Below are positions 52,568 to 64,000 of a stretch of 64,000 nt of DNA, piece after piece. The stretch comes from Chiloscyllium plagiosum. Lineage: Eukaryota. Each line of letters opens with the position of its first letter. Position 1 is the first letter of the stretch. The notes beneath the pieces were generated by a model, which did no database searches, was not told where the DNA came from, and saw only the letters and a list, made by a program, of their open reading frames with translations. The stretch lies in contig NC_057736.1 in the NCBI RefSeq assembly GCF_004010195.1, forward strand, positions 22,338,831 through 22,402,830, written 5' to 3'. The position numbers and the translations under genes are program-made.

Positions 52568-53452
52568 AACTCTGGTCATTGTCTCCAGGTGATTTGAGTT
52601 ATTGAAAACAGGGTGGAAAAGCATTGCACTTCATTTTTAAATGATCACCTGTTGAAACTGACCCATTAGATCATTTTGAAAGATGAAACTGAAGCTGAAA
52701 ATAGTTTTCCACACTGAGTTTAAAATTTGAAATTTCTGTAAATATTGTACGGAAGGTTAACTTACAAACTTGGAAGAAAAATGCTGTAGTTTCTAGTCGA
52801 CTTGCAACATAAAAAACTTCTGATCCTTTCAGAAGCTGTATATGATGTGTTGGGCAGGGCAGGGCAGTGATTTTTGGGGGTGGGTTTGGCAGGGCACGGC
52901 AGTGGTTTTTTTGGCTAATGATGCATGACTTGTTCTGTTGAATGAAGGGGAAATGTGATAGCTCTCAATGGAGCAACACAAATCAAAGGGAGATTTATTG
53001 GCGATGTTCCAAAGTTTAGGTTTTGCTCACTTAAGAAAATGTTTCCTGTCGCAAGTAAGTTAGTAATTGGAGACAGAATTATGATCTGGTTACCCTACCT
53101 GACAGGTGGGAGTAGATTTAATGGAAAATTTCAGCATATAATTGGAAATATGCAGCCCTTAAAATTGAAGGGAAAAAGGTGCATAGCTGTGGAGAAAGGG
53201 CATAGAATTGATTTAATAATGCCTTTAAAGCAGATTGGCGTAGTTGTGTACTAAATAAGTACCTATGCTTCATAATTGTCAGATGCTAGTGATTAATACG
53301 AGACCCATAAATGTAATCTTTATAAAATAATGGAAAGTAGCAACATGAAATTGATTTGTTGCACCATCTACTAGATTTGGTTCTTGTGTAATGGTGTTCA
53401 GTATGATTAACAGAAGATTTGACTTCATTCTAATGTTTGTTGATCTATATAG

Positions 53453-54298
53453 GTAAACCACATTTACAGCAAGTGTGTGATAATGTTCTGAAATCAAATG
53501 CAAAAGTGGTGCAGGTGATGGAGAAAGACATTGAAATGGATTGTGAAACAGGTGGGTGCCATGTACAAGAACAGAAGACTGAAAGTATATTTGCTGCTGT
53601 GCATGAATTGAGACTTCATTCTCCTTGTCAAGGAACTGACAAGAATCAGAGAATGTCGCGTTCCAGAACACTTGCTATCAAACGATCTAAAGATTCCCGA
53701 TCGAGTTCAGCATCCTCTTCAGGCAGTTCCCGATCTGGTTCGATGTCGTCTTCGGGCAGCTCCCGGTCAAGTTCTGCATGTTCTACAGGCAGCTCCCGGT
53801 CAAGTTCAATGTCATCGTCAGGTCGTTCCCGGTCAATATCAGTATCATCTTCGAGAAGCTCCTGTTCAAGTTCAGCATCATCAGCAAGCTCCCGATCAAG
53901 TTCATTGTCACCTTCAGAGAGGTATGGTTCAAGTTCGGATAATGTCTCTTTCTCTTCGAGAGGCAGATACGTATCACGCCAAAGGAGCTATAGAAGATCA
54001 AGGCGAAGCTGTTCAAGGTCCCGGTCTAGAAGCCGGTCACTGTCTTGTTACCGAAGATCCAGATGTCGAATGTCTTACCGGTCACCCCAAAGATACAGGT
54101 CTAGATCCAGATGTTCCAGATCATACCAAAGACAAAGGTCCAGCTTGAGGTACAGAAGGTCCAGGTCCAGATCATGGTCTCGGTCCCCGTCCAGATTTCG
54201 GAGAGGTTACTACGGCTTTGCTTACAGAACACAACCACGATCCCACCAAAGGAGTCGAAGCAGATCAAGGGACAGATCTTTCTGCTTAACGCAAAAAG
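53453..54298 (+). CDS. RSRP1: RSRP1 large exon encoding Ser-rich and RS domains
   Basis: RS dipeptide repeats, RRGYYGF motif, ends F.LTQK in phase 1 with a GT donor. Confidence 0.9.
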
Positions 54299-55244
54299 GT
54301 AGTAGATTTTTTGAATAGGAGTAAAACCTTTGCAGTTTTTTTCAAAATGGGGATATAGGTTCAGCTGCAATGTGCATTTTGTTAATGCAAATCTGCTGTA
54401 ACACGATTGGCAAATTGGGTACACGGTTTCTAAAATGTGAACCTTTAAACTTGTGCTGACTGTAATGTGATTATATTGCCAACAGTTTGTGCTGTCTCTA
54501 AAGCACGATTTTTCTGTAATTCAGATTTGTGCAAGAACACAGTCAGAGTGCTATTGAGGAACTGTCTGTTTTATAATCTGGTCACTATCCCTGTTAAAAA
54601 GTGGGTCTTTTAAAGTATTGATAAATTGCTGTTTTATCCATCAAGTTACAAACTAGTCTGTTTGAACAAAATCCTGGGAAACTAGAGCAATTTGTAAATC
54701 TCTTGATGCGCAAAACTAAGTTTGCAGCTTGCTATTGAAGTTAAATAGCATTAGATTGCCCCATCAGCTAATGGCAATGGATGTTGGGACAGTATACGTT
54801 TGGTGAATTTATAAATGTTGCAATGTGTCCATTATAAAACAAACAATTTACGATTATTTTCTAAACAACATTACATAATGGTTTAATCCGCCTTTCAGAA
54901 TCTGGGAGAGATGTCACTTGGTCATGTGATATCTTTAATAAAAGACCACAGCCAGTTGTTTTTAAGTTTTAGGTGATTATTCAGTATTGTACTTAGAGTT
55001 CTGACTGCTCACTGTGCACTGTTATGCAAACACAAAAATGTTTTACCTATTCAGTGCTACATCATGAGACCAACAGACTGCAATGATATTCATGGATACC
55101 ACCACAAATATTTTAATTTCATTTTCAGTTATTTTAAATTGTACCTTGTGATTTAGTACTGTTATTGCCTGTCAGCACTTCAAGCTTTTGACACCTTTAT
55201 TAAATGTAAGAAGAATTGCAGCCTAAAGTGTTTTTTTATTTCAG

Positions 55245-55405
55245 ATAAACAGAAGTTACTTGAAATTGCAAAGGCAAATGCTGATAAATTATTGGGAAAG
55301 GGTAACATCTGGTTGCCTTCTAACTTGAGGCCTGCCAATCCTCTCTCTGAGAGACTTTTTGAAGTGAAAAGTAACAGCGATGCAGTAAAAGCAGTAACCA
55401 GAAAG
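55245..55405 (+). CDS. RSRP1: RSRP1 exon (DKQKLLEIAKANADKLLGKGNIWLPSNLR...)
   Basis: Conserved LLEIAK.NA...LG..NI.LP..LR RSRP motif; canonical splice sites. Confidence 0.92.
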
Positions 55406-58400
55406 GTGAGTGATAAACTATTTGTTTAATAAATTGATTTAGCTGCATGCCATTGTCAAAACAAGTGCTTTCTATATTGATATTTGAGCACTTGCTCACT
55501 TGTACAATGTATTGTATGATCTTTCTTAAAGTGGCTGTTGTCAATTTACCCAAGTTTTGACATTCTTGCCGATTGTTGCTACTGCAGCAAGATGGAATAA
55601 ACTTGGTGGGTTTAATCCTTTTCAACTCAACCATTTTTACAATGGTTTAATATCCAAATTATGCTTGATAAGTAGATCAGTTTTATTCACACAACGAATT
55701 GCAGCATGTAACTATTCTTAAAAACTAGTGGAAATTGTACCATGCTGCCTTATACTCTAAGGGAAAGAGACAATTTACACTTGTATTGTGTTTTTTGTGA
55801 CCTCAGGTTTCCCCAATGTTTTTTATAGCTGATTAGTACTTTGTGTACTTTTTGTTGTAATGTACAGTAATCGTTAAACTCAGTAGCTTGTCAACATGTC
55901 ATTCAAACGCTTCCCATATATAAAAACTAAAGTTGGTTTGTGTGACTTGATTTATTTCTGTTTTATAGAAGCCTTGAAATGGACTGCACTTCTTGAAGAT
56001 ATGAGGTGGTATCTTTGTATCTGCGTGTGTGCAGTGTTTGGGGGCAGCTAGGCCAATATAATATAAAGGACAATTGCCTTTCAAATATTCTATATAAATG
56101 AAACTGGGGCATTGTCACCGCAAAAAAATGTTAAGTGGGAAGGATGCTTAGGGTTTTTGTGTAATGTTAATACATTAGTTTTTTGACATTTCCTGGGACT
56201 AAGGGGTGAGCCATTTGGCTCTCTTCCTGGGGAATCCTACAATTAGCTGACTGCCCACTATTAATATGTGGAAGGATAAACCAATGTGTATGAACTTTTA
56301 CTGCTGCTGCTCCTGTTTTTTGTTTGTTGGGTCAAGGAGCTCCGTGATCTGTCAAGCCAGAAGTATGGTCAAATGGGGCAACTAAGGAAAATGTGGTAAG
56401 CTAGGTCTCTGTTGTGCCACGCAAGTCAAGGTAGCACAGTATGTTGGTTCTTTAATATATTGTATTGTCCCTTTATGAAAGGAGATTTATCCTGATGTAT
56501 TAGTGTTCTGACATCTGATACTTAGTCTAAAATCTTGATGATGATATCAACAGATGCATCATTTCTTCATGTCCCATATTTTCAGAATCATTGTTTAGCA
56601 ATATGGTCAAGAATTTTTAATGGAAATATAACTACATAGAACATAAAGCACAGAAATGGTGATTCTCCCCTAATAGACTGGGTGTTCACATTTCATGAAG
56701 TCATCTCCAGTTCTATTTACCCCTCGTCTGCCATTCAGCATTGTTTTCCTTTTTCTCATGTATTAATCTAGTTTATTTTTGGAATCTGTTTGAGCTGACA
56801 ACTTGTAATAAATTCCACATTCTAGAATTCTTTCTATTTAATTGAATACATTCTTTCACAAGCAAAACCATGCTCCTAACTGTCCAATCCTATCATTGTT
56901 TTCAAAATCTTTTGTAAAGTCAATTTTCTTTTAAGAAAATCTTAAATCTCCCATCTTGTGCCATTTTTGAATACATCTTTTATTCTCCAATTTGTGTCCC
57001 TTTATTGCATAGGATCTAAGCAGTACACCATATTATCCCTCATGTGGCATCATTGGCTCCTATATAAGTTTAACTTCATTACTTTCAATTGCGTACCTCT
57101 AGAAATTGATCTCAATGGTTTATTAGCATTTGAATTGCTTTACTGATCTGGAGGGCTGCTTTTGATTTGGTCACCTGTATTTCTAGCTCTTCAGACCTCC
57201 TGCTATTCAATTTTTTAATTTCCAAGGTGTTTTTGTTTTGTTTGCCACTTAATTGTGCAATTTACAATTCTTCTGATATATCCATATGGTATTTAGCTTT
57301 TTCCTCTTATACCCTCCAGTTTGGAATTAGCCAAAATTTCAATAGTTTCTCAAGTACATTCAGTTATGAATAAAAATGGACCCATCCTTTGTGGAGGATC
57401 ACTTTTTTGTGCTGTAATCTGAATAATAGTTTTCTCTTACTCTGTTTTCTATTTTTAGCCAATTTTGTATTCATCCACCAGTTTATTTCATGATTCCACC
57501 TGCTCCCTGGCCTTTGTTACAAGCCTAACTGAGTGGTATCTTATAAAAGGTATTTTGATTACCGGGAAATGTAAAAATGTCTGATTGCTTTCCTAAGTAC
57601 TTGTAATAGAATCTCAAGTTTTGAGCATTCCATACATATAGCAAATCAATAAACCCAGTTTAATTTTAAATAATTTGTGTATCCATTTGCAAATCTTAGT
57701 TATGAATTAATGTCAGTGGTTCAAGTCACCCAAGTGACCTCAAATACCAGAATGGTCCCCTGTAGATTTTGTTTCAAAATGTTGGCTGCTTTGTAGCTGT
57801 GTTCAAAAGAAGCCTGGACAGTCTATCATTTAAATGGACTACGATTGCCTGTTTCCTTGTTCTGAGCAGGTCTGTGCCCATAGTATGCACTGGTCTGGCC
57901 ATTTAATTTTATCATGTAATAGGCTGTAAGTGGACAAGTTGAGTTGTCAGTGTACTTTCTTGGTTGAGATGTAGTGAGGAGGGAACTTCATTTTCAATGT
58001 ATCCTTGTTTCACTTGACCTTGGAGTGCTTGATCTGATACTGGGTCCAAAAGCATTTGGTGCCCACTCCGTAGAGGAATCCAAAACAGTGTGACTGCAAA
58101 GCGCTTTATGCTGTAATTCTGTACCCTACAGAATCTACTTCACAAACTATTCCCTATGGTCTAGGTCAGAGTGGAAAACACTAAATTTTCCAAATCTGGA
58201 TAATGATTGTGCTTATCAGTTTCTACGTGCTGTCAGCGTTTCAAGTTGATCAATATTATACTTTTGACTCACTTTGTAATGTGAGAAATCATACTGCAAA
58301 TTCACTTCCTCCTGCGGCTTGACTAGATGCTGCTTTTGGAATCAGTATTGATCATGCTTTACAGCTTTGCTCTAGGATTTTCTTGTCCTCATAACTTATT

Positions 58401-58992
58401 CACTGTGTTCCAGGAAATTTTGAATATCAGATCTTTGCCGAAGAAGAGACCAACAGTATTTTTGAAGATAAGTTTATTGGCTAATATAGCCTAGAAAATA
58501 TACCTTGTCAACAGCTGCATTTGTAGTGATTAATGTGTTACTGAAAATGCTCAGAAGCATTTTGAGCTCTGAAGTTGACATTGTCATTGAAATAACCGAC
58601 ATTGGGAATTCACATTGACCGGAGATATCGATTATATTGCAGTAGTTGATACCCATTCAGCTTGATCAATGGTCAGATATTTTGGAATTTATCACTCCAA
58701 ATCTCACTCTTGTATCCTTGGGTCAGCATGATAAAATCAGGTTTGATGTGTTTTAAACTGTTAATTGTTTTGGTGAAAATTTACAGAATTAGTGTCAAGC
58801 CAGAAGGAACAGTAACAACTTTACTACAAATTCTGCCACATCAGGTAGAAGTGCCATTTATTACTCAGTGTTGGGTCTGTCCAACCAGTGCTAAAAATGC
58901 TTCATTTATAAGGGACTGTCTAATGTGGGTCGCAATATATTACTTTGGTCACTTTTAAGAGTAACCTGTGGATATTCTGTATTTTTGTGTAG

Positions 58993-59088
58993 GACTACAA
59001 AAAAGAAGCTGAAGGTGAACCACTTCAGAAATTAACCAGTCCCCCTGCAAAGAATGAAACAAACCACTGGATAGCTTTCAGTGTTAAA
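58993..59088 (+). CDS. RSRP1: RSRP1 exon (DYKKEAEGEPLQKLTSPPAKNETNHWIAFSVK)
   Basis: 96-nt phase-0 exon ending in the IAFS motif. Confidence 0.85.
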
Positions 59089-59555
59089 GTAAGAAAGAGC
59101 ATAAAATGTTTATTGCATTATTTCCTCCTTGACTATCCTTTAAATTGATTATAAATTCTTGCTTGGAGAAATGTATGGATGTGAAGTTTACAGCACCTTG
59201 CTAAGCCTAGTCTGTAGCTGTTTTTCCTGCTTTGATGTGACAATGTGCTATCATCTTTGTTTACCAATTTTTTTATTGGTTTCCATTGTGACGTTCTTTT
59301 ATGTATTAGTACATTGTGCCGATACGGCAGTTTTGTATCAACATTAGTTGAGGTGGCTTCAAACTTGTGCTGTGCTTGTTACTGTGACATAATATATTGA
59401 TGAAATAGCAAGCTATAATCCATTCAGGTAACACTTAACCTGAAATAATGGCATACTTAAATTATTATTCAATCTATACCTATAATGCTAAACTAAATCT
59501 TTGCAGTTCTGGTTGCTTTTGGCAGCTACTAAAAATCTATTTATTCCTTTTGCAG

Positions 59556-59699
59556 AATACTGTGGCAAAACCATTGAGTCAAAAAACAGCAAACACTTCT
59601 AGAGACTCTCCTGAACAGAAGCCGAAAGGAAGCCCGTATGGACAGTGGGTACTGGTTCATAATGGCCACAAGAACACTGATAAAACAAAGACTTGTTGA
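59556..59699 (+). CDS. RSRP1: RSRP1 last coding exon (NTVAKP...SPYGQWV...*)
   Basis: N.VAKP and SPYG.W motifs; acceptor ccttttgcag; AATAAA at 60085 and 60133. Confidence 0.9.
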   Translation, partial: NTVAKPLSQKTANTSRDSPEQKPKGSPYGQWVLVHNGHKNTDKTKTC

Positions 59700-60489
59700 A
59701 CACCTTTTGAAATGTTTTAAAATATATATTTTTGTACATAAGACTAATTATCCTAAAGACCCTGGTAGAACTGTTTTGCTGAGCAGAATATTGTGATAGC
59801 ACTCCACTTAATTTGTGAATCATGTACCATTTAGCTTAATCCCAAGTGTTCTAGCTTTTGTAAAAGTTAACAACTGGAATAACCGTGTGGATCAGTATGT
59901 TGAGTGGACAGATGTTTAGACTTTGATAGTTATGCCAAATGAAATACCATATTTCTGAAATAAATTGCTGTTTTGCAGGTAAGATACTGGCGATTTTATC
60001 CAAGATTTCAGGTGGGACTTCATTTTGTTTTTCCACAGAAATACTTCCATTTGTTTTGTCGATATTCACTGTTTTCCAAAATTCAATAAAGGTAATTTGT
60101 GAATTTAAATTGTTCTTGTATGTTTTCTTTTCAATAAAATATTTATGTATATACTGTTATAGTTCACAGGGAGACATTTTATAGATATTTAAGAAACTTT
60201 AGGATGGTGGGCAAATACCCACCACAGAAGCAAAGAATATTGATAGATCAATTATGCAAGTGATTTTTTTGTTTGAATTATTGGGGTTTCACAGCTGAAT
60301 TTCCCAAGACTGAGTGATTAAATGCAGTGAATATAACACTTGGATAACATCAAATAATATACAGCTCCCAGTATTGAATTTCATTTAACAATACTTTATT
60401 AATTTAACCTGGTGCAGTGTTTTGTAGAGGAATAAGACTTGTCTGGGCCTGTAGATTGTAAATGATCAAAAATGGTCTTTAGTAGAGTA

Positions 60490-63400
60490 TGCTCATGTGG
60501 GAGTTCAGGCAGACTTTACAGATTAATGAGAATTATATCTGCAATAAATGCTGTTGATTGAATCCTAAAGGATCGAATGGATTGGTTGGAGAGACAGTTA
60601 GAGGCAATGAGGAATTTACAAGAGCAAGGGTGGCAGTTATAGGAAGGGGATACAGTCCCATGAGTTAATTCCAGGAAAGGTAAGAGGCAGGCAGTTAATG
60701 CAGTAGTTTCCTGTGGCTATCCCTATTTCAAACAAGTATGCTGTTCTGGAAAATGTAAGGGGTGATGGATTCTCAGGGGGTCATAGCACAAACAGCCAAG
60801 TTTCTGGTATTGAGACTGGCTCTAATGCAATGAGGGGTAGGTCTAGTTCCAAGAGATCAATTGCTAGGGGACTCTCCAGTCTGAAGTACAGACAGATGTT
60901 TCTGTAGCCAGCAGTGAAAAATCATCAGAATGGTGTTGCTTCCCTGATGCCAGGATCAAGGATGTCTGAGGGTGCAGAATGTTCTCAAAGGAGAGGGGAC
61001 AGCAGGAGGTCATGGTACACTGGAGCCAACCACCTAGGAAGGGGAAAGGTTGAGATTCTGAAGGGAGATTAGAGTTAAGTAGGAATTTAAAAAGGAGGTC
61101 TTCTAGTAGTAATAACTGGATTACTCCAAGTGCTACAAGCTAGTGAGGGTAGGAATAGGAGGAAAGAGCAGATGTATGGCTGAGAAGCTGGTGTATGGGA
61201 GAAGGATTCACATTTTTGGATCATTAGAAACTCTTGGGGTAGAAGTGACCTGTACAAGAAGGACGGATTACACCTGAATTGGTAGGGGGCTAATATACTG
61301 ACAGGGAGATTTGCTAGAGCTGCTCAGGATTTAAACTAGTAAGGTAGGGGGAGAAACCCAGGCAGATAGTGAGGAAAGAGACCAATCTCAGACTGGCACA
61401 GTTGAGAACAGAAGTGAGTCAAACAGGCAGGGACAAAGCAGAGAACAAGGTAGGACTGATAATTAAACTGCATTTATTTCCATGCAAGGGGCTTAACAGC
61501 GAAGGCAGATGAACTGTGGTTAGGAACATGAGACTGGGATATCACAGCAATTATGGAAACATGGCTCAGGAATGGACAAGACTGGCAGCTTAATGTTCCA
61601 GGATACAAATGCTACAGGAAGGACAAAGGGAGGCAAGGGATAAGGGATAGCATTACAGCTGTACTGAGGGAGGATTATCCCAGAAATAAATCCAGGCAAG
61701 CTATTTGGGTGGAACTCAGAAATAAGAAAGGGATGGTCATATTATTGGGATTGTATTATAGACCCCCTAATAGTCGGCGGGGGGGGGGGAAGAAAGAGAG
61801 GAATTGAGAATTTTGTAAGGAGATCTGTTATCTCAAGAAGAATAGGGTGTTATGGTGGGGGATTTTAACTGTCCAAACATCAAGTGGGATTGCCATAGTG
61901 TTAAGGATTTAGATGGAGAGGAATTGGTGTACAAGAAAATTTACTGATTCAGTATGTGGATCTACCTACTAGAGAAGGTGCAAAACTTGACCTATTGTTG
62001 GGGGAAATGAGGCAGGGCAGGTGACTGAGGTGTTGGGGAGCACTTTGGGGCCAGCGCCCATAATTCCATTAGTTTTAAAATGGAAAAGGATAGACCAGAT
62101 CTAAAAGTTAAAGTTCTAAATTGGAGGAAGGCCAATTTTGACAGTACTAGGCAAGAACTTTTGAAAGCTGATTGGGGGCAGATGTTTGCAGCTAAAGGGA
62201 TGGCTGGAAAATGGGAAGCCTTCAGAAATGAGATGTGTCCAGAGAAAGTATATTCCTGTTGGAGTGAAAGGAAAGGCTGGTAGATGTAGAGAATGCTGGA
62301 TGACTAAAGAAATTAGGGTTTGGTTAAGAAAAAAGAAGCACATGTCAGATATAGACAATAGTTCAAGTGAATCCTTAGGAGTATAAAGGAAGTAGGAGTA
62401 TACTTGAGAGGGAAATCAGGGCAAAAAGGGATGTGAGATAGCTTTGGCAAATAGGTTAAGGAGAATCCAAAAGGTTAACTAGGGAGAGAATACATAGGAG
62501 TATACTTGAGAGGGAAATCAGGGCAAAAAGGGGATGTGAGATAGCTTTGGCAAATAGGTTAAGGAGAATCCAAAAGGTTAACTAGGGAGAGAATACAGCC
62601 CCTCAAAGATCAAGGTGGCCTTTTGTGTGGAGCTGCAGGAGATGGGGGAGATAATAAATGACTATTTTGCATCCGTATCTACTGTGGGACAGGACATGGA
62701 AGATATAGACTGTAGGGAAATAGATGGTGACATCTTGAAAAAAATCCATATTAGAGGAAGTTTTGGATGTCTTGAAATGCATAAAGGTGGATAAATCCCC
62801 AGGACCTGATCAGGTGTACCCTAGAACTCTGGGAAGCTAGGCAAGTGATTGCTGGGCCTCTTGCTGAGATATTTGTATCATAGTCACAGTTGAGGTGCTA
62901 GAAGACTGGAGGTTGGCTAAGTGGTGCCTCTGTTTTAAGAAAGGTGCTAAGGACAAGCCAGGGAACTATAGACCAGTGAGCCTGATGTTTGTGGTGGAAA
63001 AGTTGGGAGTCCTGAGGGACAGGATGTACATGTATTTGGAAAGGCAAGGACTGATTCGGGATAGTCAACATAGCTTTGTGCGTGGGAAATCATGTCTCCC
63101 AAACTTGATTGAATTTTTTTGAGGAAGTAACAAAGGATTGATGAGGGCAGAGTGATAGATGTGATCTATATGGATGTCAGTAAGGTGTTTGACAAGGTTC
63201 CCCATGGGAGACTATATTCGGTGAGATCTAACCTTGATAACCAGAGAACTAGCCATTTTGGTACAGTGGTAGTGGATTGTTTTTCCGCCTGTGGGGTGTA
63301 CCGCAAGGGTCGGTGACCAGTGGAGTGTACCGCAAGGGTTGGTGCTGGGTCCTCCATTTATATAAATGATTTGGATGTGAGCATAAGAGGTATTGTTAAT

Positions 63401-64000
63401 CGGTTTTCAGATGACACCAAAATTAGAGCTGTAGTGGAGAGCGAAGGTTACCTCAGATCACAATGGGATTGTGATCAGATGGGCTGAGTGGCAGATGGAG
63501 TTTAATTCCGATAAATGCAAGGTGCTGCATTTTGGAAAGCAAATCTTAACAGGACTCATACACTTAATGGTATGGTCTGCGGGAGTGTTGCTAAACAGAG
63601 ACCTTGGAGTGCACGTTCATAGCTCCTTGAAAGTGGAGTTGCAGGTAGAAAGGATAGTGAAGGCGTTTGGTATGCTTTCTTTTATTCGTCAGTATTTAGT
63701 GCAAGAGTTGGAAGGTCATGTGTCTGTACAGGACATTGGTAGGCCACTTTTGGAATATTGCGTGCAGTTCTGGTCTCCTTCCTATCAGAAAGATGTTGTG
63801 AAACTTGTAAATCTTTTCTGAACTTGTCCAAGGATGTTGCCAAGTTTTTGGAGGATTTGAGCTAGAGGGAGAAGTTGAATAAGCTGGGGCTGTTTTCCCT
63901 GGAGCATCAGAGGCAGAGCAGTGAGCTTGTAGAGGTTTACAAAATTGAGGGGCATGGATAGGATAAATAGACAGTCTTTTCCCTGGGGTGGGGGAGTCCA
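60490..64000 (+). mobile_element. Near-full-length but decayed CR1/HER1-like LINE (ORF1 esterase-like, ORF2 APE-RT)
   Basis: ORF1 remnants (IPISNKYAVL, DLYKKDGLHLN); ORF2 remnants (ETWL, YYRPPN, GDFN, PGNYRPVSL, FDKVPH, DDTK, PLLEYCVQFWSP); many frameshifts; runs off the window end. Confidence 0.92.

Noticed and set aside
53672-54148. 158-aa alternative-frame ORF with repeats in RSRP1
   Set aside because: No ATG start; explained by the coding minisatellite and the codon bias of the RS frame.

Overview
Eukaryotic (vertebrate) DNA. It is very probably from a cartilaginous fish/shark, judging by HE1-type V-SINEs, abundant CR1/HER1-like LINEs and Penelope-like elements. The window is the RH-TMEM50A-RSRP1 syntenic block, reconstructed by hand from splice signals. 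Gene order: last coding exon of an Rh30-type gene (+, 6234-6260); TMEM50A (-, 6 coding exons, 159 aa); an intact intronless SNRPC/U1-C gene (+, 28741-29226) head-to-head with TMEM50A; a 4-exon MGST3-like MAPEG gene (-, about 151 aa); and RSRP1 (+, 6 exons, up to 457 aa). Most ORFs in the supplied track are retroelement fragments or noise. Most notable: (1) three different Penelope-like element families each carry a minimal hammerhead ribozyme motif with covarying stems, several in sense orientation in host introns; (2) the intronless U1-C copy on a shared CpG promoter; (3) the MGST3-like gene and U1-C copy sitting between TMEM50A and RSRP1; (4) a solo LTR with a TSD; (5) a tandem array of tRNA-like Pol III units. 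All homology calls are from recalled sequence motifs, not database searches.
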